Shown here: positions 1-7,980 of the stretch, in pieces
Numbering within the stretch: position 1 is the first letter of the stretch
Layout of the letters: each line of letters starts with the position of its first letter
DNA from: a virus
IMG/VR virus record: IMGVR_UViG_3300016472_001104
Location: 1-64,000 of that record
Strand: one strand, 5' to 3'
Length of the DNA stretch: 64,000 bases
Made by a program: the position numbers and the translations under genes
The notes under the pieces: model-generated
Told to the model about the DNA's origin: nothing
Seen by the model: only the letters and a program-made list of their open reading frames with translations
Database searches by the model: none

Positions 1-1
1 T

Positions 2-865
2 AATACATGTCCTACTTTTAATCCTGCAAGCAACACCTTTGTTGATGGTTCTTGCAATAACCTTCCTGCCAGTGTTAAGCCTTCTGGCGTCCTGACAGAT
101 CCAGGCATTCACAGTCTCTACTTCGGTAACCTATCGTTCCGTCGAAATCGCTTCTTCCACGAGACTTTCCTGTGTCGAAATGGAAACGAACAGGCCGGTG
201 GAGAGCCAACCGATATGCCGCCGCAAGACCCACCCTGCGCAGATCAAAAGTCAATCCCCGGGTATTCTAACAAATGGCCAGTGAACGAGATCGCAGGTAC
301 CTGTAACGGTGGTCGAATCGATTTTCATGCGTATAACGCTAGCAACGTTTGCGCAAACTGTCACTCAACCTGGAACCATCGAGCTCCACTGTTCAGTCAA
401 TTTGATTCAAAAGGAGTCTATCAAATGTTGACGGCTCAGGGAGAGTATTCAGTGTTCGTACCTGTTCCTGGCTCTCCAAAGGCAAAGATGAGCGATTGGC
501 TCTGCATCGATCCGGCGAAGTGTCCTAACTCGGGTAACAACACAACGGCCTGGAAAAAGACAATGAAGGTTGATGGAGTTGATACACCTGCACCGGCTTC
601 TAGCCTGACCGAACTTGGCCAACAGATGTCCAAGGATGATGAGGTGCTCGAGTGTGCGGTCAAAAGAATGTGGAACTATGCGATGGGTCGTGCTGACCTC
701 ACCGAGGTCGGCGGAAGGAGCTGGGTAAACCTCCCAGACAGGAAAGATCAAAATCCTGAACTTCTCACATTATCAAAGCTTAGTGTTCAATTTAAATCTA
801 ACGGTTACAATCTGAAAAAGGTATTCAGGTCGATCCTGGTATCAGATGATTTTGTGAGGTTTTAA
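2..865 (+). CDS. 5'-truncated DUF1588/DUF1585-like periplasmic protein with a CxxCH motif (myxobacterial/planctomycete type)
   Basis: The frame is open from base 2 (NTCPTFN...SGVLTDPG...FRRNRFFHETFLC) into the listed 215..865 ORF. It has a CANCH motif, and the C-terminus CAVKRMWNYAMGR...FKSNGYNLKKVFRSILVSDDF resembles DUF1585. Confidence 0.65.
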   Translation, partial: NTCPTFNPASNTFVDGSCNNLPASVKPSGVLTDPGIHSLYFGNLSFRRNRFFHETFLCRNGNEQAGGEPTDMPPQDPPCADQKSIPGYSNKWPVNEIAGTCNGGRIDFHAYNASNVCANCHSTWNHRAPLFSQFDSKGVYQMLTAQGEYSVFVPVPGSPKAKMSDWLCIDPAKCPNSGNNTTAWKKTMKVDGVDTPAPASSLTELGQQMSKDDEVLECAVKRMWNYAMGRADLTEVGGRSWVNLPDRKDQNPELLTLSKLSVQFKSNGYNLKKVFRSILVSDDFVRF

Positions 866-870
866 AAAAA

Positions 871-1878
871 ATGAAAAATCTTCAAACTGTTCTGTTAACT
901 GCATTTACAATCATGCTCTTTGTGGCATGTGGAAGCACCGCACCCGACATAGACCCAACCGATTGTCCACAAGAAGGTACGGGAAGCTCAAGCGTAGTGT
1001 CTGTTGTTTCCACCGTATCTTCAACATCTGGTGAAGGAGGTTCGATGCAAACCGCAGCCACCTCAGCTGGTGTTGGTGGAATGACGATGTTGCCCGAGTA
1101 TGATGCACCGATGGCAGATGAAATTGCGTCAAGGTTGCATAGTTGCCACAAGCTTTCATACGTTCAGTTGGGCAATTTTTTGCGTAACAGAGGAGTAGCT
1201 GTTCCAATCAACGCGTCGTCTGATCTAAAGACTGCAACCGTAAGCGTCTTTGGGACCAATCAAACTTTGAGCCAAGTGTTCGGTGGAAGTGGAAACTCAT
1301 GTGAAATGGCTGACACCGCAGCGAATGGCTCGGGACCAACCAACGATCCTCTGTGTCCTGCAAATGAAACTTGCTTCTGCAACCAGGACGATAAACAGAA
1401 TGAAATCAATAGAACATGTCTGGATGTTGGGAACAATTCTCCAGATGCAAAGGACGGGTATTGCGTTTCAAAGCTTTCTACTCCTGGTTTTTTATACTTC
1501 ACTAGTAAAAATTCATTTGGTTTCCCAAAGCTCGATTCTCGACTTGCAGAGAAGGATGAGCACACCACAGCAAGTGCGATGAAGCTGATGGACATCTTTG
1601 TCCAGTCTGCGCCACAAATCATTGCCAATATTGGTGATCCTGTTAAGGCTCCTGCATGCACGCTTGGTGGAAAGAATAAACCAATGTTTGATCCCACAGA
1701 TGGAAGTTGCATTGAAGAAACGGTCAGTTGCCTCATTGGACGTCCTGCCACTAACGATCATGTTCTTCTTTGTAATCTTCTTGTCCAGAAGGCAAAGCCT
1801 GGTGACCAGGCAGACTTAAACAAAAAGCGTAACATCGCTGTCGCAACTCTTCTTAGCGCTGCTCATACCTGTCAGTAA
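871..1878 (+). CDS. Cys-rich lipoprotein of myxobacterial type
   Basis: Signal peptide II with lipobox (MKN...LFVA|C), Ser/Thr/Gly-rich linker and many Cys. Lies 5 nt after the upstream gene. Confidence 0.7.
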   Translation: MKNLQTVLLTAFTIMLFVACGSTAPDIDPTDCPQEGTGSSSVVSVVSTVSSTSGEGGSMQTAATSAGVGGMTMLPEYDAPMADEIASRLHSCHKLSYVQLGNFLRNRGVAVPINASSDLKTATVSVFGTNQTLSQVFGGSGNSCEMADTAANGSGPTNDPLCPANETCFCNQDDKQNEINRTCLDVGNNSPDAKDGYCVSKLSTPGFLYFTSKNSFGFPKLDSRLAEKDEHTTASAMKLMDIFVQSAPQIIANIGDPVKAPACTLGGKNKPMFDPTDGSCIEETVSCLIGRPATNDHVLLCNLLVQKAKPGDQADLNKKRNIAVATLLSAAHTCQ

Positions 1879-1893
1879 AGGAAAAATAACAAC

Positions 1894-3498
1894 ATGGCAA
1901 ACTGGAAACTCAAGGAACTTCGTGGTGGTAGGCGTAGAACTTTTTTGAAGATGACGACTGCAGTCGCAGCCGCTGTCGGGATTGAAAGATCTAGGCTTTT
2001 TAACTTTCTTTCTGATGAAGGTGGGAATGGTCTTGCAGAGGCCGCAGGATCGACGTACGGAAGGTCTCTTATTGTCCCATCTCCAAACGGCGTTTATGCC
2101 TGGTTCCAAGAGTTGTGGCCTGTCGCAGATGTCGCGATGAAGGCATGTCAGAACGCCAACGTTTCAGGGTTGTCTTCAAACTTTGGAGGTTTTTCTTCGT
2201 ACCTCTACACTTCTCAGTATGGTTACAATCCATCCAACGGTTATCGTGGAACTTACACGTGGGGTAAAGGTGTTTCCGCACCAGCGTTGCCGAACGGTGT
2301 GAAGGGTTGGTCGGGTGGAGACAGGTCGTTCTTTTATGGTCCTGATGCTCCGTGGTTTGACCACGCCACAGGAACACCAAAGTATCCAGTCACTGCTTTC
2401 ATGTCCGGTAAGGATGAGACCCACACCGAGTTTCCGGTCTCGGCGACTACATTGTCAGGAAACTCATCTCTCCTAGCTGCCCTTGGCGCTCTAGGATCGA
2501 CAAGCTCTGGTGCGATTGTACCTGTTCTTGGCATCGATCCTGTCAAATACGGCCGAGCCCCCGGCGCCCCTGAAGTCGCTACAGTTCCAAGTTCGAATGG
2601 GATGATTGACCTCTTCAACTCTGCCGCGAGCAAGTTCACTCTAGCGACCAAAGAGGACCAAGAATTATTTGAGACTTACTACAAGGCCTTGTTGGGTCTC
2701 AGGAAGTCTTCAAATCGTTCTACATGGGTGCCCCAGATGTCTGTGACAAAGAACGCTGCCAGGATCATCGGTCTCAATTTTGCCTCGCAGTTGTCTCCGA
2801 CGACTCAAGACCTGATCGACTTCGGTGTCCAGGAGCTCATCGATTCTATGACGGCAAACTCAAGCTACATGACGGCGGCTCAACGGAACGGAATCGAAGA
2901 GTTTGGTCGGACGTTAATCGTCGTCGCGAAGGCATTCTCACTGGGCCTCAGCAAGACAGCCATCGTCGCCTTGTCTCCTGGGCCGACCAGTGATACGACC
3001 TTCACAGACCCTCACGTTACATTCGATAATATGACCTTGATGAACCAAGGTAGAAATACCACAAAACATCTTGGGAAGGCTCTAAATGGCTTCTACAACT
3101 ACCTGTCCCAGCAGGTTGATCCAGAGAGCCCTACGGAGAAGCTTGACCAGACAACTACCTTCGTAGCGTATGGTGACACGCCTCACACACCATTGCAGGG
3201 CAATGCATGGCCCGACGCCACACCAGACGGGTGTAATTGGACCTATGTGATGGATCCGAGGGCAAGCATCAAGAATGGATGGTTTGGTCACTGCTACGCG
3301 AATAAGATGGGAGGAAAGAACGGGATAGGGTTCAATCCACTCACCGGTGCTGATGATGTTACAAAGACGTCCGACCAAGTATCATCATTTGCGTCTACAG
3401 CAACTGTTTATGCTGTTGCGAGGGGTGATGGTAATAAGACCGCTGAGTTTGGCAATTCTCCAAACACCGTTGTAGGTTTAATTAATTCAAATAAATAA
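1894..3498 (+). CDS. Tat-exported DUF1501-like protein
   Basis: Twin-arginine motif GRRRTFLK followed by a hydrophobic stretch. FTDPH and TFVAYGDTPHTP resemble the DUF1501 WDTH and GEFGRTP motifs. SD AAGGA upstream. Confidence 0.6.
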   Translation: MANWKLKELRGGRRRTFLKMTTAVAAAVGIERSRLFNFLSDEGGNGLAEAAGSTYGRSLIVPSPNGVYAWFQELWPVADVAMKACQNANVSGLSSNFGGFSSYLYTSQYGYNPSNGYRGTYTWGKGVSAPALPNGVKGWSGGDRSFFYGPDAPWFDHATGTPKYPVTAFMSGKDETHTEFPVSATTLSGNSSLLAALGALGSTSSGAIVPVLGIDPVKYGRAPGAPEVATVPSSNGMIDLFNSAASKFTLATKEDQELFETYYKALLGLRKSSNRSTWVPQMSVTKNAARIIGLNFASQLSPTTQDLIDFGVQELIDSMTANSSYMTAAQRNGIEEFGRTLIVVAKAFSLGLSKTAIVALSPGPTSDTTFTDPHVTFDNMTLMNQGRNTTKHLGKALNGFYNYLSQQVDPESPTEKLDQTTTFVAYGDTPHTPLQGNAWPDATPDGCNWTYVMDPRASIKNGWFGHCYANKMGGKNGIGFNPLTGADDVTKTSDQVSSFASTATVYAVARGDGNKTAEFGNSPNTVVGLINSNK

Positions 3499-3535
3499 AG
3501 ACTAGGGAAACTTTAAATAAAAAGAAAGATATTTT

Positions 3536-3557
3536 TATGGGGTCATTTGACCCCATA
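3536..3557 (+). terminator. Hairpin, probable intrinsic terminator after the cassette
   Basis: Inverted repeat TATGGGGTCA-TT-TGACCCCATA; the U-tract is weak. Confidence 0.5.
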
Positions 3558-3570
3558 GTCATTTTATGTA

Positions 3571-3578
3571 ATAGTTAT
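3571..3578 (+). promoter_or_regulatory. ATANTTAW putative late promoter
   Basis: ATAGTTAT 7 nt before ATG 3586; the motif recurs upstream of many genes. Confidence 0.5.
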
Positions 3579-3585
3579 CTATCGT

Positions 3586-3819
3586 ATGAAGATAAAAGTT
3601 TCACATCTAAGAAGCCTAATAAGGGAATGTATTCTTACCGAAGAGGAAATGAGAAACGTTACTTATTTGACACAAGATAACATCGTAAAATTGCTTAAGA
3701 ACTACGGTGTTGATAAGCAGGTTGCATTAGAAGAAGATGTTAAATTTTACGAAATGGTAAAAAAATATTTGAATTCATCAATAGAACTGCAAAAGCGTAT
3801 GCATCAACTTCAAGGTTGA
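3586..3819 (+). CDS. Hypothetical protein with MKI..LR.LI.E leader
   Basis: 77-aa ORF starting MKIKVSHLRSLIRECILTEEE. Confidence 0.7.
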   Translation: MKIKVSHLRSLIRECILTEEEMRNVTYLTQDNIVKLLKNYGVDKQVALEEDVKFYEMVKKYLNSSIELQKRMHQLQG

Positions 3820-4286
3820 TGCCAGAAGAAGACTTTATAATCAGCACCGAAGAATTTTTTTCAAGAAGTATAAAAAATAGTAGAGGTGAAGTCCCCGATT
3901 TTGTTAAAAAACTTCTTAGACAAAAATTTCATATCAAGCTTTTAGATGCTTCAAAAATTACACTAAGAGGGCGCTCGGGTACGGCGTCACCAGACAGGGT
4001 GATAGTTCAAAACGTTTTGGAAAAACTTGCTGGATTGTTGGCTGGATCTTCTGACAATAAAAACCTTGACAAACTTGCTAATTTGTTTCAGGTATATGGG
4101 TATAAACCTGGCGTGAAGATGTCAAATGAGTTACAGGGTAACATCACTGCTTTTAAAGACAAGATAGAAAAAGAAATTATGAGTGCGATGAATCCACGAA
4201 TTGAGCTTGATGATGTATTCGTGAGAAGTGGACGGGCGGGTAAAGAAGCAACATCGAATTTGATGAAAACAAAACCTGGCGGTTGA
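3819..4286 (+). CDS. Hypothetical protein
   Basis: ORF coupled to the previous gene through a TGATG overlap. Confidence 0.65.
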   Translation: MPEEDFIISTEEFFSRSIKNSRGEVPDFVKKLLRQKFHIKLLDASKITLRGRSGTASPDRVIVQNVLEKLAGLLAGSSDNKNLDKLANLFQVYGYKPGVKMSNELQGNITAFKDKIEKEIMSAMNPRIELDDVFVRSGRAGKEATSNLMKTKPGG

Positions 4287-4389
4287 TAAAATCATAAACA
4301 AATTAACTTCTTGTACACAACATCAGAACCTGAGTATCCTTTAATCATTCGGCAAAACAACAAAGCCGATGAATAGTTGGAGAAATAAA

Positions 4390-4659
4390 ATGTCTAAGAG
4401 CAAGAAGAACCATACAGTTACAACGAACAAGAACGCAATCATTCGTAGCCGAGTTGATCGTACAGGAAAGCTTCGCACGGAGACAGCACGCAGGGATTAT
4501 GGTTTCAATGCAGCACTGAGCACCGATGAGAGGAATGATTCAACTCGCCTTTTCATCGACCTTCAGGAGGGAACGGTTGAGTTTACAGGCCGCGAGGCTC
4601 GAACCCTCTACCGTCTGCTTCGTAGCCATTATACCTTCACTGGTAAGCCTCGCCGCTGA
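4390..4659 (+). CDS. Small basic hypothetical protein
   Basis: GGAG SD before ATG 4390; Arg/Lys-rich; followed by a terminator. Confidence 0.7.
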   Translation: MSKSKKNHTVTTNKNAIIRSRVDRTGKLRTETARRDYGFNAALSTDERNDSTRLFIDLQEGTVEFTGREARTLYRLLRSHYTFTGKPRR

Positions 4660-4683
4660 TTTACTTTACTTAAATCTTAACTT

Positions 4684-4720
4684 GAAAAGGAGATCTTTTA
4701 GGTCTCCTTTTCTTTTTATT
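4684..4720 (+). terminator. Intrinsic terminator
   Basis: GAAAAGGAGATC-TTTTA-GGTCTCCTTTTC followed by a T-tract. Confidence 0.7.
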
Positions 4721-4741
4721 TTTATAGGAGAATCTAAAAAA

Positions 4742-5263
4742 ATGCAAATTACCAAGCGTGAAGCACTGTCACTGATTAAGGTACTAAGTCATTACGATTC
4801 ATTGATGTCATATGACAAACACTATCCTGTTGTTGATAACATCCATGATCTGATTCAAGATTTTGAAGAGTTTATCTTAAGTGAAGATGAACCTTATGGA
4901 GTAAAAACGTTTTCTGATTCAATGAAGGTTGATAGTGATATTGAACCAAACGTACTTTGTAACCTGCAAAAAGTTCGTGGACATGTAAATAACTCTTCTG
5001 TTGGCGAATCTGGGGATGATGTTGTTCTTTCGTTTAAAAAGGTTATTAATGAGACAGGTGAAGTTGATACTTTTCTGATGGTTGGAAAAGATGTAGTTGG
5101 TCCCATAACTTACTTAGCTGTTCATGATCGTGAATTGCAGGTTGCTACTGGGCAAGGTCAGGATAGGCTTTGGCACTATTTTGATATCGAGCAAACCAGT
5201 CAAGATTGGATGAATGTTTTTGGAAACAAAAACTACGTCTATAGAGTCATTAACTGGGTATAA
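4742..5263 (+). CDS. Hypothetical protein
   Basis: AGGAG SD upstream of ATG 4742 (MQITKRE...); the longer listed start overlaps the terminator. Confidence 0.7.
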   Translation: MQITKREALSLIKVLSHYDSLMSYDKHYPVVDNIHDLIQDFEEFILSEDEPYGVKTFSDSMKVDSDIEPNVLCNLQKVRGHVNNSSVGESGDDVVLSFKKVINETGEVDTFLMVGKDVVGPITYLAVHDRELQVATGQGQDRLWHYFDIEQTSQDWMNVFGNKNYVYRVINWV

Positions 5264-5323
5264 ATACAATTGATTTTGTGCCATTGTAGTTGAAAAAACA
5301 AATACCTATACTAAGGTATTACA

Positions 5324-5539
5324 GTGGCACAAATCATAAAAAAAACAAATGTTCTTATAACAACACTTTTAAAATCAAGAAATGATCTTGATGAATTGCT
5401 AAATGTTGTAAGAACATGGAGAATGAACGGAATAAACGGTTCTGGAATTGTTCCAATAGCAATATTACCGTTGGAAGCAAAATTGGAAAAAACCATAACC
5501 GACATCGATGCAATGATAAAGATCGCTGCTAAAGTTTAA
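5324..5539 (+). CDS. Hypothetical protein
   Basis: 71-aa ORF with GTG start and AAGGT upstream. Confidence 0.55.
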   Translation: MAQIIKKTNVLITTLLKSRNDLDELLNVVRTWRMNGINGSGIVPIAILPLEAKLEKTITDIDAMIKIAAKV

Positions 5540-5572
5540 ACAACCTTTATCATATAAAATAAAATACGATAC

Positions 5573-5752
5573 ATGTCAGCGACAACAGAAACATTATTGC
5601 TTCAGATTCTAGAATTAGAAAATAAAATTGTTGAGTGCAAGCATAGAGGAATTGACACATTTTATTTAGAAACTTCACTTCAATCTTTGAAAGAAAAGTT
5701 TTCAATTCTTAATGAAGCATTAAATAATTCAAATGAAGTTCTAAAAGGATGA
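5573..5752 (+). CDS. Small coiled-coil hypothetical protein (59 aa, below the track cutoff)
   Basis: Translates MSATTETLLLQILELENKIVECKHRGID...NEVLKG* and fills the gap between neighbours. Confidence 0.55.
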   Translation: MSATTETLLLQILELENKIVECKHRGIDTFYLETSLQSLKEKFSILNEALNNSNEVLKG

Positions 5753-5754
5753 TA

Positions 5755-5970
5755 ATGCAAAAAGTAGACTTATACCAACCAATGGTTCATGTCAGGGTAG
5801 GTGCACCTCCCCTCGCACTCACAGTCGCAGTTAATAAAAATTCTATGGAAACTACAAATGGTCCAATCGAGGGCGCATATAAACCAGAAACATATGTTCT
5901 TTTGTCTGCACTTCCTGAAGAACTTCGTGAAAGAGTTAAGACAGCAGTACAGATGTTGATGACTTTTTGA
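5755..5970 (+). CDS. Hypothetical protein
   Basis: AAGGA SD before MQKVDLY...; precedes the endolysin. Confidence 0.6.
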   Translation: MQKVDLYQPMVHVRVGAPPLALTVAVNKNSMETTNGPIEGAYKPETYVLLSALPEELRERVKTAVQMLMTF

Positions 5971-5978
5971 GGTTTAAA

Positions 5979-6767
5979 ATGTTACAGATTTTAAAAAGAG
6001 GTTCAACCGGTGATGATGTTGAACGATGGCAAACGTTTTTAAGAGGATTGTCAACAAATAGTTCAATAGTTGTTAATGGCACATTTGATCTTTATACTGA
6101 AAATGAAACAAAATCATTTCAAAGTAAAAAGGGACTTGTTTCCGACGGTATCGTAGGATTGAAAACTCTTTCAGTTGCATTACAAATGGGTTATCCCTTG
6201 ATGGATGATCCTACATTAGATGTAAATGGGCCAAGCTGGCCGCAAAAACCTCAAGGAGGATCACTAAGTTTTCTTGACAGAGAAAAGCTTTTTGGTAAGT
6301 TTTCATACGTTTCTTCTCCAACGTATGCAAATCCAGAGGCAATCACAATCACTGATAACTGGATAACAAAATCAATTGTTAACGTAAGTTTACCTCACCT
6401 TACCAGCGTTGCTGGTTTTTCAAAATCTGGTATGGTTTCTATTCATACTGCAATTTCTCAACAATTTTTAGATTTATTTAAAGCCTGGAATGATGCAGGA
6501 TTAACTTACTTGATCATGTCGTGGGGTGGTACATGGTCACCACGATACATTAGAGGTTCTAGAACGATCCTTTCAAATCATGCTTGGGCAACAGCATTTG
6601 ATATCAACGTTCAATGGAACCAACTTGGTGCACAGCCTGCTCTCAGGGGAGAGACTGGTTCAGTTCGTGAATTAGTTGAAATTGCATATGATCATGGTTT
6701 TTATTGGGGAGGATGGTTTCCAAAAAGACCTGATGGAATGCACTTTGAGGCATACAAAATCATATAA
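5979..6767 (+). CDS. Endolysin: peptidoglycan-binding domain plus M15 zinc peptidase
   Basis: N-terminal LKRGSTGDDVERWQ...FQSKKGLVSDGIVG (PG_binding_1). C-terminal SNHAWATAFDIN and WGGWF..PDGMHFE (peptidase M15). Confidence 0.9.
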   Translation: MLQILKRGSTGDDVERWQTFLRGLSTNSSIVVNGTFDLYTENETKSFQSKKGLVSDGIVGLKTLSVALQMGYPLMDDPTLDVNGPSWPQKPQGGSLSFLDREKLFGKFSYVSSPTYANPEAITITDNWITKSIVNVSLPHLTSVAGFSKSGMVSIHTAISQQFLDLFKAWNDAGLTYLIMSWGGTWSPRYIRGSRTILSNHAWATAFDINVQWNQLGAQPALRGETGSVRELVEIAYDHGFYWGGWFPKRPDGMHFEAYKII

Positions 6768-6811
6768 CAGAACCTAATTGTTAGTAATGCCATAATTAAT
6801 CTTTAGATAAT

Positions 6812-7234
6812 ATGGCTGTAAGAACAAGAGATGTATCGAGATCAAGAAAGGCCTATTCATATTTTAGGCCAAGACCTCGATTGATCTACATGGCAGAAGA
6901 AGAAGAAATGAATACAATTCAGGAAACAATGAACGCAGCCCAGGCAACAATGAACACAGTTGCAGGTTTATCTAGCATTGTAAACACTCTACAAAACAGC
7001 GTTAATAACCAAATAGTTTGGAATGAAACACCATCAGGAAATATTGATGGAATGAACGTAAACTTTACGATTGAAAACACACCATTAGAGAATAAAATAC
7101 TTGTGTTCGTCAATGGTGTTTTACAAGAAAAAGAAAATGATGCTGATTATCAATTAAATGATAAAACAATTACATTTAATTACCCACCAGTTGTGGATTC
7201 AAAAATATTAGTAACATACACTAAGGCGATTTAA
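6812..7234 (+). CDS. Putative virion protein with C-terminal VFxNG...DY beta-domain
   Basis: ETPSGNIDG.N..F...LVFVNGVLQ...DY..ITF motif typical of large-phage fibre or decoration proteins; ATAATTAA upstream. Confidence 0.6.
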   Translation: MAVRTRDVSRSRKAYSYFRPRPRLIYMAEEEEMNTIQETMNAAQATMNTVAGLSSIVNTLQNSVNNQIVWNETPSGNIDGMNVNFTIENTPLENKILVFVNGVLQEKENDADYQLNDKTITFNYPPVVDSKILVTYTKAI

Positions 7235-7237
7235 AAC

Positions 7238-7849
7238 TTAAACGTTTTTTGGTTTTCTTCCTCTTTTACCGGATCCTTCTTTTATTTCTTTTACTGTTTC
7301 AAGGATCTTTTTCTTTCTTTCTGCAATATCAATTGCAGCTTTACCGATCTTTGTGTTTGGGTTTTTGTCAGGCCTTGTTTTTTGTTTGTTTTCTTTTGTT
7401 TCCGGTACAACTGTTTTTTCTTGCTGAGCTTTCTCTTCTTGTTTCTTACTTAGAGCACTTTCATGGCTTGCTTTGAGTTTCACAAGTTTCTCTATATCAC
7501 TCTTTAGAAAGACCATTTCACCTTGTTTTGAATAAAAAAGTCTTTCAGCATCCAAAGAGACGTTTTTTGCAAATAACATCATGTTGTTTAGAACAGACTC
7601 TATTAGTGTTGCTACTTCTTTAGGAATTTTATTCTGTTCTACTAAGCTTGCCAATTCACTTTTTTGTTGTTTAATGTGTTTTTCTATCTTATCGATTGAT
7701 TCTTTTGAACCTAAAGCGTAACCATCTAGTCTTTTTAGGTTTTCGATCATAGTGTTGAGTTGGCTATTTTTATCATTGATCAACTCCACAAAAAGCTTTA
7801 CCCTTGCCGACACCATAGAACCAAAGTCTGATTGATTTCCTTCACTCAT
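7238..7849 (-). CDS. Coiled-coil hypothetical protein with basic C-terminus
   Basis: 203-aa ORF ending KRGRKPKNV. Confidence 0.7.
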   Translation of the reverse strand: MSEGNQSDFGSMVSARVKLFVELINDKNSQLNTMIENLKRLDGYALGSKESIDKIEKHIKQQKSELASLVEQNKIPKEVATLIESVLNNMMLFAKNVSLDAERLFYSKQGEMVFLKSDIEKLVKLKASHESALSKKQEEKAQQEKTVVPETKENKQKTRPDKNPNTKIGKAAIDIAERKKKILETVKEIKEGSGKRGRKPKNV

Positions 7850-7898
7850 GTTTTTATCTATTTAAATTGCTTTAGTTTTTTACCATAAAAATTTTTAT

Positions 7899-7934
7899 AA
7901 AAATAAAAGGGCCCAGAGATTTCTCTCTGGGCCC
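7899..7934 (-). terminator. Intrinsic terminator downstream of the fibre gene
   Basis: On the minus strand: GGGCCCAGAGA-GAAA-TCTCTGGGCCC-TTTTATTTT. Confidence 0.75.
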
Positions 7935-7980
7935 CCGGCTAGTCAGTCTTAACCGTAGAATTTAACCTTTAAGGTTAAAT

